Translations under genes and position numbers: made by a program
The notes under the pieces: generated by a model
The model's input: the letters and a program-made list of their open reading frames with translations, nothing else
Databases searched by the model: none
Told to the model about the DNA's origin: nothing
In this document: in pieces, positions 13,697-26,846 of the stretch
Layout: each line of letters opens with the position of its first letter
How positions within the stretch are numbered: the stretch's first letter is position 1
Assembly (NCBI GenBank): GCA_033442325.1
Contig: JAWQFM010000012.1
Span: forward strand, 1,597,793-1,661,792
Origin: Salpingoeca rosetta
Taxonomy: Eukaryota > Protista > Choanoflagellata
Length of the DNA stretch: 64,000 nucleotides
Direction: 5' to 3'

Positions 13697-14360
13697 CAAT
13701 GCACAACACACAAGTGCACATGGAGGAACATGTTGCGGGAAACTCACTCGTTCATCTCTGCGAGCTTGTCTGTGTCAATCTCGGAAACGCGCATGTAGAC
13801 GATGGGGTGCCCATACTTGTCCTCGCCATAGATGGACTCTGGCCACAGCTTGTGGAACATCTCGTCCTTCTCCAGCCTCTGGTCAAGGAAATGGTAGTAG
13901 TCAACCTTGTCACGCCAGTCCGCGATCATCTGTGTCGGGGTGCACGAGCGCAGGTACCGAGAAAAGCATGTCAGCGTGTGTCATGAAGAAAGAGGGGGGG
14001 GGAGGACCATGGGTTTCGGTCACACAAGCGCTCGAACACACACACACACACATACACACACACACACATACACACACACACACACAAACACACACACACG
14101 CACACGCACACGCACACGCACACGCACACACACGCATACACACACACACAAACCTTTGCTGCCTTGACAGTCTCCTCCTTGCGTGGGTTGTATGTCTGGT
14201 AGCCGCGAATGATGGTGATGAAATCAAGCTCTGTCATCTTCTCTGCCTGCTCTGGGGTGAGGGCCTCGATGATCGCCTCCTTGTACTCCTTCTCTTCCTC
14301 CTGGAGTGGAGTCACCTCCTCCATGGCCAGGCGGGCATCGACCTCTTCTCTGCTGCCCAT
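12688..14360 (-). CDS. CRAL-TRIO (Sec14-like) lipid-binding protein, 4 coding exons
   Basis: [11 protein letters not shown]... | MIADWRDK...[15 protein letters not shown] | ...[11 protein letters not shown]...[20 protein letters not shown] | [20 protein letters not shown]...IPELMGG. These are canonical CRAL-TRIO motifs, followed by an acidic tail. Confidence 0.92.
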
Positions 14361-14466
14361 GATGGCGGTATTGCGCTCTCACGTAAGAGGGGGGGGGGAG
14401 GTCTTATGGGTGGTGCGCAAGGCGAAGCTGCCAACGTGTGCGTGCGTGCGTGTGTGTGCGTGTGCG

Positions 14467-14498
<32 letters not shown>

Positions 14499-14920
14499 AT
14501 GATGATGATGATGTTTGCGCGGATGTGTGAGATGAGGGTGATCAGGACGATGTGGCAATGGAGCAATGTGGGATGCTGTGAGATTGCTTCGTGATGACAT
14601 ACATGGCACGAGGACATGACAACGGTTTTGCGAAGAGTGTATGGTCACGTGCAGTGTCCGGTGCACACTTGTTCTCAGCCCCCTTTCTTCTTCTATTCAC
14701 TCCTCACTCAGTCCGCTCTCATGTACACAGCCCAAGCAAGACACATCACCCACACCATCACCACCACCACCACCAACATCGGCACCAAAGCTCACCTGGC
14801 TTGGTTGCAGGCTGTAGTGGGTGAGGAGTGAGTGAGGAAGGTTGTGCTGTGTTGTTGTGTGTTCGGTTTTTTCCGTGATTCGACGAAAATCGCATATATT
14901 TTTACATGATTTGGCTGGGA

Positions 14921-15471
14921 TTATTCGAGCCTGAATTCAGGAAGGAAGAAGGGCAGTGCTGGATCGAGGACAGCAACACGCACATAGTCATTGACCACAC
15001 GTTCCAGCTCGGCCGGCGACGCGCCTAAAGTAGTAGTAGTAGTAGTTGTTGTTGTTGTTGATGTGTGTGTGTGTGTGCATGCGTGTGCGTATGGAGATAG
15101 AGAGATGGGGAATGGATGTGGTTAGCGCACGCTCTCGAACTCAACAATCACACACACACAAACAAGCAAACACACCAACACACACACACACACAAGCAAA
15201 CACACCAACACACACACACACAAGCAAACACCAACACACACACACACAAGCAAACACCAACACACACACAAGCAAACACCAACACTACAACCACACAAAC
15301 AGACGCACCATCCAAAGCGTTGGCGGCGTCAAGGATTTGCGTTTCAGGAACATCCATGTGTGCTCTGAACAAAGGTGGCGTCGATGGTACGAGTGCAGCC
15401 ATTAAACGATGGTCGATAATGAGGAAGGGCGGGCGGAGAATCGATGCAAGTTCAAACTACACCGCATGCAC

Positions 15472-15520
<49 letters not shown>

Positions 15521-16192
15521 GCTGAGGAAAGCGCGAAGGAGGGCAATGCGTTGGTCGAGGGTGGGCAGGGAGAGGGTGTAGTTGCTGAAGCAGCGTGACG
15601 CCGCTGTCAGCTCCTCTGCCAGTTGTCCCGAATCTCCCGCCACAAACACAGCCGTCACCAGCATGCACTCCGCCCCTGCGCGCAGGGCCCCTGTTTTGTG
15701 GCGTGTTTGTGGCAGTGCAACACAGTGAATCAGGCAGAAAGGGCGGTGTCCCCCCTTTCCTATCTCTCTCGCGCACACACAATCTCACACAACCATTCCA
15801 TCTCTGTCTCTCTCTGTCTCTCTGTCTCTCTGTCTCTCTGTCTCTCTGTCTCTCTCTCTGTCTGTCTCTCTGTCTCTCTCTCTGTCCCTCGCACACACGC
15901 ACACACACGCACACACGCGCACACACACGCATACACACGCGCACAGAGAGAGAGAGAGAGAGAAGGAGAAACATAGGACGGCAACAGCAAAGGTGCAAGA
16001 GGTGGCACATCATCCACACATACGGTAGTTTGAAGACAAGATGGCATCCATCTCAGCAACAACTTGTGACAAAATCTGCACGGCGGCATTGGAGGTGAAA
16101 TTGGGAAGAGCACGCGCAGGTGCTGAGTGAGACCGAGGGGAAATGAAGCAGGCGATGACCACAACGACGACGACTCACTCAGGGGCACATGT

Positions 16193-16225
<33 letters not shown>

Positions 16226-18300
16226 CAGGCACATTTATACGCAGGTACAGCTAGCATAGCTTACATACACACGTGCACACGCTGTCTCGAAAGCATCAAC
16301 TCTATCATGCAGCGCCTTTGTGTCCAACGCACCCCTGATGAGACCACGCGTTCGCCGGAGGTGGAGCGAAGAAAGAGAGATGCCATGTCATCGAAGACGA
16401 TGAAACAAGGGCTGTTGCGACGCGCTTCCTCAAACACGCCGTGGATCTGTCGCTCAGACTCGCCAACCTGACACATACGCACCCACGTAAGCAGGCACCC
16501 TGACACGTCAAGCACACATAGTGGAGCACACACACACACACACGTAGATGTAGGCACAAACACGTGCACCCACAGCCACGCACACACACACACACACACG
16601 CGCACATACACCCGCGCACACGTGCACACATACACACGACTGCAATGGTGTGCCGCACCTCTCCCTTGACGATGTGCGCGAGGGAGGGGCTGATGGTGTT
16701 GACGCCGAGGACAGCTCCGATGTTGCGGCAGAGCAGTGATTTTCCACAGCCGGGTGGCCCCGTGATGGTCACCGCGACAGGTGGCGGCACGCGCAGAGGG
16801 CTCCTGCATGCAATTCCGGGAGGGAGGTTGATGTGATAGAGTGTGAGATTGGTGTGTTTGTTTGTTTGTTTGTTTGTTTGTTTGTTTGTTTGTTTGTTGT
16901 TTGTTTGTTTGTTTGTTTGTTTGTTTGTTTGTTTGTTTGTTTGTTTGTTTGTTTGTTTGTTTGTTTGTTTGTTTGTTTGTTTGTTTGTTTGTTTGTTTGT
17001 TTGTTTGTTTGTTTGTTTGTTTGTTTGTTTGTTTGTTTGTTTGTTTGTTTGTTTGTTTGTTTGTTTGTTTGTTTGTTTGTTTGTTTGTTTGTTTGTGTGT
17101 GTGTGTCATGCATGTGCTGCTCTGTGCATCATAAGCATGCTTTGCCATGGCGGTAGTTGAGTGGCACCACCCACCCGTCCTGCTGCAGAAAATATGCAAA
17201 GTCGCGACGAAGGGCCGCCAGCACATCATCCATCCCGACCAGCGCCTTCAACGCCGCGCTCTGGTGTCACATGGTGTTGCGCAGATGAAAAGAGAGAGAG
17301 GGGGGGGAGACAGGTGAAAAGGGCGGTTCGCAGAGCTCGTGTTCAGGCACGCGCAAATGCACAGTTGCACGTGCACACAAACAAACATTCTGCACGCTCA
17401 CACACATGTACACAGGTACGCTTACAGCTGTGAGTCGCGAGGCCACGACGTGCAGGCGGACAGCGTTGAGAGCCGATGCAAGCGCCGACAACTCATCATC
17501 GTCATCATCATCATCGTCTTCGTCACCAACATCACCACCACCGTTACCATCAGCTTTGGTGCCGTTGTTGTGGGCCTTTTCTTGCGCGTACCACCTGTGT
17601 GGTCGAGAGAAGTGCAGGTCATCATCAGCGTGTGTGCACGAGAAACCCAAGCCACACCGACCCACGCACCACACACTACATCGTCACCACCACCACTGCC
17701 TCATCATCATCATCACCTGCGACAGGCGCGGGCTGCTGTCTCGAGCTGCACCATCGTGCACCCGTTGGTCGCGGCAGACACTGCTGCCAGCACGCGCGCA
17801 GGAAACGCATCACTGCCACCACGCTCCAGCCGTGCAGTCTGCAACATTGTGAGGGGCGTCGACGCAGTCGGACATACACACACATGCACACAGAGCAGGG
17901 AGAGAGAGAGAGAGAGAGAGAGAGCAGAGCGCACATGAACACACATGCACACACACACACACGCACGCACGCACGCACCAAGAGGGCAGAGCGCTGATCA
18001 CGCGACGGTTTCGTGACATCGAGGACGAGGTCAAACTCATCGCGTACAAACTCGTGTACGGCCCTGCAATGAGAGCAGACGAGAGAGAAGGGGGTTGGTT
18101 GGTTGGTTGGTGTCGTGCGTGCGTGCTTTTGAGATACACCAGCCGACACACACGCACACACACGCACACACACGCACACACACACACATCTGCATACCTG
18201 TGTGCTGCTGTTTGCGCGCAGACGAGTACACCATGTGCTGGTTCAGATAGGATGGATCGGAGCAAGTCCATCTCGTGCGCTGTTTCAGCTTCCTACGCGT

Positions 18301-18371
<71 letters not shown>

Positions 18372-19783
18372 TTCATGCAAACAAACACACAAGCGTGGTG
18401 GGTGCAAGGTATTGAAGACAGAAGCGAGAAGAAGCATGCGCGCTTGAGCTCGTCGCAACAACAGCAACAGCAGCAGCAACAGCAGCAACAGCAGCAACAG
18501 CAGCAACGGCAACAGCAGCAACAGTAGCAACAACAAAGGTGTGCGCACAATGTCCTTTTGGTGCGGGAAGAGGAGATCGAGGTCTGGAAGCCAGAGAACA
18601 CACGGCGCGCTGTGACACGCCAGCTTGTGTGCATGTGTCAGCGACCCCACGGAGAGGTGCTCAAACTCATGGATGTCCACAACAGCAAGGCCTGTGAGTT
18701 CAACGAGGGCGAGAGGGGGGAGTTTGTGAGAAGCGTCGACCCAACGAGCATGGTCAAAGGACATGGTCCTGCTGAACCAAACCACTGGCGGCTGGCCAGC
18801 ACTCGCAAGTGCACACACACACACAGTCATATACGCACACATCAACGCACGGGCACTTTGAGCGCCAACCTAGACTGTGGCATACGGCGAGGGTAAGCTC
18901 GGGTTCATAATTGGCACCTGTGCCAGAGACGAGCACGCTGTGCATTGAGGGTTGTTCGCCCACCTCTGCCCAAGGCGTTAACAACACGTGCTTGAGCACG
19001 GTTTGTAGGTCTTGAAACACCTGCAAACGTTGTAAGTTTGGCGGAGTGCGAACAGCAAGGCATCAAGGCACACATGTGTGTGAATGCCCGAACGAACAAG
19101 TGCATGCACAAGAGCAGGTATGCACAACGGGGGGGGGGGTTCCCAACATACACACGTAGCGCATGCAACGCACACATATGCACAGACACAGACACACACA
19201 CGCACATATGCACACACACGCACACATATGCACACACACATTCACGCACACACACACGCAAGCACACACACGCACACGCAAGCGTACACCCACAACTACT
19301 CACGGGGCCAAAGACGAGTGGAGCGGCATCATCCAGAGGGGAGACGGGGCGCGTCGGGATGAGGGGTGCCACATGCTCTTGAAATACGGCATCGGGCAAG
19401 CTACGCAGGCTGTGGTGACACGGGTGTATTCTGTGGTATGTGCGGACACTGTGCATTGTTCGCGCTTGCAGCGCAATGCTACCCTGCACCACTGAGGTCT
19501 TTGGTACTGCTGCTACTGGTGCTACTACATGTCCCTTGCCGCCCTCATCCCCTTCATCGCCATCATCACCTGCTGCTGTCGTGGCAGCTGTCGTGGCTGC
19601 TGGTGCTGCTGTGAGGGCGAGCAGGTATCGCCGTGTTCCAAGAAACGGGTCTGGCAGTGACACCACGTCACCGTGTTGCACCACTCGGTTCTCCAATTGC
19701 TGCCTCGCCACCTTCACCGGCACCGGCACCAGTGTCTCGTCCACTGCAAACACATGCACGGCCACCATCTCCGTCATCATCAT
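14921..19783 (-). CDS. Divergent type II (two-domain) AAA+ ATPase of the CDC48/AFG2/PEX-like clade
   Basis: D2 Walker A GPPGCGKS (16737-16760), KGE|VGESERQIHGVFEEARRNSPCFIVFDD, ILSQVVAEMD, LPTLDQRIALL, and lid LDGASPAELERVV; stop TAA at 14921. D1 is degenerate (VLVSGTGANYEP; SAPCVLWLPDLDLLFP). Start codon approximate. Confidence 0.8.
16856..17095. repeat. Long (GTTT)n tetranucleotide microsatellite, intronic
   Basis: Directly visible. Confidence 0.95.
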
Positions 19784-20243
19784 CCTCTTCGTGCTGTGCT
19801 CGATTGTAGAATTTTCTCCAATGTTTTCAGTGAATAGTCGATGGAAGAAGGACTCTGAGCGATGTGGCGATGGCGATGCTGAAGGAGTTCAAGGGGGGGC
19901 GAATGTCAACTATGAGTGGCATGTCTCGCTTGCGAGCAAATACCATGCCTTTCCATCGGCGCTCTCCCATTCGCTCCTCTCCCCTTGCCGGTCTTCTTGC
20001 CTCTGTCTCAGCCTGCTTTATTCACCCATCGCCGTCGCCATCCAATACGGCCCCCCCCCACACACACACACCTCCTCAGCCCAATAGCGGCACGCGCACC
20101 TCTCTTCGTGGTCTGATCCTCCGCCATCTCGACGCACACACCCTTGCACAGTCAAACACACACGCACACGTACGCACACGTACGCACACATACACAGGTA
20201 CGTTGACGTACGGCCACAATTTGTTTGAGCTGTATCGCCCAAG

Positions 20244-20353
20244 ATGCCGTCGCCTCGATCACGGCTGTTGGCGTTATGCCTTCTTCTAGGCTGCCTGAAT
20301 TGGCCACCATCCACTCTCGCCCAAGGTACGTTTGAATCTGAAAGCGCATACGT

Positions 20354-20399
<46 letters not shown>

Positions 20400-20791
20400 G
20401 CACGCACGCAGATACACTGGAAGCCCTTGCATGCTGGCGGCCTTGACTCTTGCTTGCTTGCTTGCTTGCTTGCTGCTCTTGTGCCGCACGTCCTGTCGCA
20501 TGGCTTCTCACCATTGGGTCTTGAACTTGTACAGGGTGCACCGGTACGCAGGACTGTGGGAACGACATGTACTGTTCTGTCCTTGGCAACTGCTATCCGT
20601 GCGGTGAATGCTTCTTCTACGACGACGCCGTTGGAGGCGAGTGCCCGGAACACTGTCTCGAGGCCACCACCTGCTTTGTCACGTCGCAGTGCCCGCGAGG
20701 GTACTACTGCAATGCCATGAACACCTGCGCCTTTTGCGGCTCCGACTGCTGGAACGGTGACCCATCCATGTGAGTATCATCACCAAAGACC

Positions 20792-20839
<48 letters not shown>

Positions 20840-23800
20840 ATGTGTGTGTGCGCGCGTGTGTGTGTGTGTCTCATTCTGTTGTTGTTTGCACATCACTTGT
20901 CATGGTGACATGAACGTTGGCACCAGTGCCAATTTCTCAATGAATACCGCTCACCCTCATGCTGCTCATGCTGCATCACCATCCCTTATTCAACAGCGAG
21001 CAATTGAGATGTGAGGTCATCTGTGCGCAGCCGCCGCCGGATAATGGCTACTACCTGTGTGACAGCCACGACGACTGCAGTGCCGACACGTATTGCGACG
21101 CAAACAACAACTGTTACACTTGCGACGAATGCTTCAAGTGCGGTCCGCATGTGTGTGTGTGTGTATGTGTATGTGTGTTTGTGTCAGTCAGTCAATCAGT
21201 GAACCAGTCAATACGCCTGCCTTGTCTGCGTGACACCTGTGTGCTTGCGTGACGCCTGCATTTGTATGCCTGCGTCCCCACACTTGCCTTCCTCGCCACT
21301 CTTTGATATCGTACACGCTCATCTTCCATCTACGCTCCACGCCATGACAGCTACAACGACCCGTACGATGGGACGGGCCGCTGCCCAGAAAAGTGCCGCA
21401 CAGATGGGCTGCAGTGCGAGGCAGACTACCACTGCCGCCCAACGCAGTTCTGCACACGCACAAACGCCTGCCACGATTGCAGCACCTGCGACGACTCCAT
21501 GCTCACGTACGCAGACACTCGAACACATGTCAAGACCTGTGTGTATGTGTATCTGTATGTGTAAGAATGTGTGTGTGTGTGTCCATCTGTGTGTCCATGT
21601 GTGTGTGTGTGTGTGTGTGTTTGAAGGAAAGGAGGGCTGTCTCATGAACACAACTTACATGTCGATGCTCACTCCCCCACTTACCCGATGCAACACACAC
21701 ATACACACCATAAACACATGTGCATAAACACAAACACACAAAAACACACCCCATCAATTCATCAGGTTTGGCGTTACATGCGAGGACGTGTGCGAAATGA
21801 CCACGCAACCACCACCATCATCCTCTTCAGCTTCAACCGTCATGTCAACACCAACACCGTCGCCATCCAGCCCAGCGTCAACACGCATCACCTCCACTAC
21901 CATCGATACCACCACCCTCCCAGTCAGCAGCACAAGCAGCAGCAGCAGCAGCAGCAGCACGAGCACCTCCTCAAGCACAAGCACAAGTACAAGCAGCAGC
22001 TCAAGCACAAGTTCGTCTACATCATCCAGCAGTACCACGTCCAGCAGCACCAGCACCAGTAGCAGCTCAGATGACAAGATGAGTGGTCCCGCTGCGCCGC
22101 TGTGCTGCCTATATGCGGACGTGAGTGGTGCCACGGGCCTGCTGTGGGCACCGGCTGCGTGCGGTTTGCATGTACAGGCCTGTCCAGGCAGTCTCGGAGA
22201 CGTCACGCGGGAGTGCACCATCAACGGATGGGCCGATGACGAAGACACATCCACGTGTCTGCATCTGACGCTGGCAAACATTGTGCAGAACTTGCTTAAG
22301 GCAGACTCGATCACCCTCCAGACAGTGCTCGAATTTCTCGAGCAAGCGCGAGCCCTCGGTACGCACTCCTTCAAGCGCGTGTATGGTTGTATGGTTATGT
22401 GTGTTTGTTTGTTTGTTTGTTTGTTTGTTTGTTTGTTTGTGTTTGTTTGTTTGTTTGTGTTTGTTTGTTTGTTTGTTTGTTTGTTTGTTTGTTTGTTTGC
22501 TTGTGCTTGTTTGTTTGCTTGTGCTTGTTTGTTTGTGTGCTTGTGCGCATGGGAGAGAGTACCATGTTAGTTGTATGAAATGGCCCAGATATGTTTTGTC
22601 GTCGTGTCGCGCATGCCTTGCCCATCACCAGCTCACCAACAACGGCAACCGCTCCCGTGCATGCATCATGTCACTGCAACGTCACACCGCATCTGCAGTC
22701 CTCAAGCCGGCTGCGCTTGGCTCCATCGACTGGGAAAACATCATCTTTGGATCGTCACACATTGCGGCGAACGTGGGAGGCCTCTCGCCTGCTGATCACC
22801 ACCGCTTCCTGGACGTTTTGGATGGCCTGCTCACCGCAACCGCAGCAGGTGCTGGGCAGAAACGAACACGCACAACCTGTACAACATGTGCGGCTTCATC
22901 ACAACCAAACCCACACACACAGAATCCGACGCACACGCACACATGTGCATGCACACACAACACACAACACACATCACACATCACACACACACACACACAC
23001 ACAATCAAACACCCTCCCCCTCCCCCCCCCCCCCACACACACACACAAAATCAGACACACACACACACATGCACGCACACTACCTTGTCTGTTGTGAACC
23101 CCCAACTGAATTCGTGTTTCCGTTGTCACCAATCCTCCTTGCAGACACCGTGAATGCCGGCGCCATCAATGCAACAGCAACACTGCGCGCAACGCTTCTC
23201 GATGCATTTGATGCCGCATGTGCAGATGCGCTCACATACTCCAACGGCACATTCGACCACACAACCGTCCTCTTTGCCCACCGCACGCAACACATTGTGC
23301 TTGAGTGCCACATTGTTGCGCTCAACCAAGATGGCGATGTGCTGTGGCAGCCAAGCTACCCCACTGCAGAGCCATTCCTCCGCCTTCCCTCCCATTTCCT
23401 CTCCGATCTCCACACGCACGTCAGGCGCTACTCGGCCTCGTCCAGCGCCTTCTCCACATCATTCCGCTCCTACTCGCGGTCCAGCAGCAACAGCCTTGCG
23501 TCCGGCACATCACCATCGGGCGTTACATCTGTCCTACTGCAGCTCACATCGCTGCCGTCATCAGCATTCATCTCCCGCCGCGTCAACACATCCCTCCCCG
23601 TGCTCGGTGTCAAGGTGCCTGGTCTTGCTTCAGACTTTACGCGTGGCGACGGGGTTGCGTTTAAGGTGACTGGCCAGGCCGCAGCTCAGCCTGCCCGCGC
23701 CGTGTGCGCCTGGTGGTCGGAGGACAAGTGGTCCACTCTTGGCTGTGACACCACCATCGACATTGACAACACCATTCTCTGCAACTGCGAGGTGAGCCAG

Positions 23801-24193
23801 CAACACGTCACAGTTGCTTGTTCGGTATGCATGTGTGCATGTGTCTGCGAGTGTGTGCTTGTGCATGTGTTTATGTGTCTGCGAGTGTGTGTATATGTGC
23901 ATGTGTGTGTGTGTGTGTGTAAGTTCCCAGCATCAATTGTATTTCGCGCGGTATCATCGTACATCATTCACTTGCTGACACGCCCACATGGACCCGTGTG
24001 CTCGTCAGTCCTTGGGCATGTATGGTGTGCTGGCAACATCAAACGTGGAGGTTCACGCACAGGTGGACGCATCCACCAACGATGCACTTGTGCCGGATCT
24101 GTGGACGTTTGTGTTCCTTTCCCTCGCCCTCGTCATGAACATCAGCGTCCTCGCTGCTTTCTTGTTTGTTCGCGTAAGTTTGCCGCACAATGT

Positions 24194-24260
<67 letters not shown>

Positions 24261-25096
24261 CTGTGTGTGTGTGCCTGTGCATATGTGTCTGTCTGTGTGC
24301 CTGTGTGCCTGCGTGCCTGTGGTTCTGTGCTTTCAACTCCCATTGGATTGTGTTGCGGTTTCCTTGTTTACCAACGTGTCACACAACTGTCGTGTTTGTT
24401 CTCAATGTGCAGAAATACTCGGATTCGCCTCGCCGCTTCATTGCAGTGCAAGTCACCATCTCCCAACTCGTCCTCACCGTAAGCCTTGAACACTAACACC
24501 ACCACCACCACCAGCAGCAGCACCACCACCACCACCACCACGCCTTGCATCTATGTTCCGCTCCAGTCCACACCCCTGCCTACGTCTCATGTCTCTATGG
24601 TTTTGCTCGTGCCAGATTGCCGTGCTCGCTGCTATCACCAAGGCCTTCAACGGCGCGTGCTCCTTCTTTGGGCCAGCGGTTCTGGTACGCTGCTTTCAGA
24701 GGGAGAGCACTGTGTAGGGTTCACGTGAAGTGTGTTTATGGGATCTGTCATCCCGCCACAACACGCTCACTTACACGCACTGCAATGCAATGCATTGTTG
24801 AACCGCGTTTCTAACGCCCGTCTCGCTCCCACCATTCACCTGCTCCGTCTGATTCCAGTGTGCATTCTTCACGCAGTTTGTGTGGCAAGTGGTTGCACTC
24901 CGCTTCGTGTACATTGTGGGTGGCCTTCGCTCCAACGGCTCAGCGCCCAGCAGCACAAGCATGCTCACCACGGGCTGGGGCCCAGGCTTGCTGCTCCTCA
25001 TCATCTTCGTTGCCATTGAATACGGCACAGGCGGTTCCGTCGACCAGGTGCGCTTGCATGAACACATGTGTGTGTGCGCGCGCACGTGTGTGTGCG

Positions 25097-25158
<62 letters not shown>

Positions 25159-25175
25159 TGTGTGTGCGTGTGTGC

Positions 25176-25246
<71 letters not shown>

Positions 25247-26561
25247 TGTGTATGCGTGTGTGTGTGTGTACGCGTGTGTATGCGTGTGTGTGTGTGTGCA
25301 CGTGTGTATGCGTGCACGTGTGTATGCGTGTGTGTGTGCACGTGTGTATGCGTGTGTGTGTGTGTGTGTGTGCACGTGTGTATGCGTGTGCGGGTATGCT
25401 GAATTGCTTGACCTCATCTGCGCCTGCCCCATTCACACCTTTTCTCGCGTACCACATCCCTCTGACCCTCACTCACATGCATTCATACGCAAACTCGCAT
25501 ACGCAACCACACACGTACTCGTCACCGCTGCCACCTTGAACCCCATTCAGTCGATTGGCGACCATGTGTGCTGGCTCAAGGGCTCATTGGTGCTTGGGCT
25601 TGCTCACCTGCCCACCACCATCGTGTTGGTGACGTGCCTGGGCTTCCTTGTCGCCATGTGGCTGCTGGATGGAACGCTGTACGACCCGGCTCGAAACCTC
25701 ACGTCGCTCAAGCCAAGCATCTGGCCCTCCTTCGCTTACTTCTGCCTCACCACCCTCACCTGGGTGCGTTTCTTCTTCTCTGATGGCGCAATAAAATGTT
25801 TGCGACAGTGGCAATTGGGCGCTGCTTGTTTTGATCGGGTGTGCTTGTTCGCTTGTTTGGATTGAGAGTGCTTTGTTTGTGTTTGTTTGTTTGTGTTTGT
25901 TTGCTGTGCTCTCGTAACGTGCTCGTTGAAACATGCACCACTGCACCAACGCAGGTGACGATGCTGTGGGCATTCGAAGCGCAACAGGAGAATGCGTTGA
26001 CGCTCATGGCATTCATCTGGCTGCTGACCAGCGTCTTCTTCACTGTGATGCAACTCACCGTCGCAAAGAACGGTACGCGTGCATATGTGTTGCTGTGGAT
26101 CCATGCGCGTACCACTGCCTGCCTGCCACACACACACACACACACACACATACACACACACACACACGTATGTGGCCCTGCAACACTTGTATGCCTTCAT
26201 TGACCACAATGCTGCAACAGGTGCTACAAGCACACGTGTCATGTGACGCAATAGTGCATGATACACCGAGTGTGTGCGCGTATGCATCGCTCACGCTGGC
26301 TTCTCATCCCCCACAACCTGCGTGACTCTGTGCCTGATGTTGCTCTTCACAGAGCTGACCCAACACAAGGACGTTGAGTTTGTGAGCGTGAGCCACGAGC
26401 GGGAGATGCGGCGATCGCAGAAGCTGGCGGCGCTGGAATCGCGGGCAGACCAGGTGTACAGGCAGCAGCTGGTGAGGGAGGCTGTCAGGGAACGCTACCT
26501 CGGCGTGCACAACTACAGTCGTGCAGACCTCTTTGCGTGCATTTACATGCAAGTTGGCTGA
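20244..26561 (+). CDS. Adhesion-class GPCR: signal peptide, four 8-Cys repeats, Ser/Thr stalk, HRM-like domain, GAIN/GPS, 7TM
   Basis: MPSPRSRLLALCLLLG signal; HRM-like W..AACG.HVQACPG..GDVTRECTINGW....TSTC; GPS CAWWSEDKWSTLGC...ILCNCE|SLGMYGVL; TM motifs GWGP, CWL and LTW. The 3' end is uncertain and may splice further. Confidence 0.88.
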
Positions 26562-26612
26562 GCGTGAATGAACTTTGTTGCTGTGTGTGTGTGTGTGTGT
26601 GTGTGTGGGTGT

Positions 26613-26670
<58 letters not shown>

Positions 26671-26846
26671 CGGAGGGGAAATTGAGCGTGATGTATGTAT
26701 GTGTATATGATGAAATGAAGAGTCGTGGTCGTAGAGTGGTGATGAAGTGATGCCGACGCCTTTGTTTATATCGGTGCATTGCATCATTTGTTGTGTACAT
26801 GACATGTTGTGGTTTTGTTCACTTGCTTGCGTGCTGCTGACTGTAT

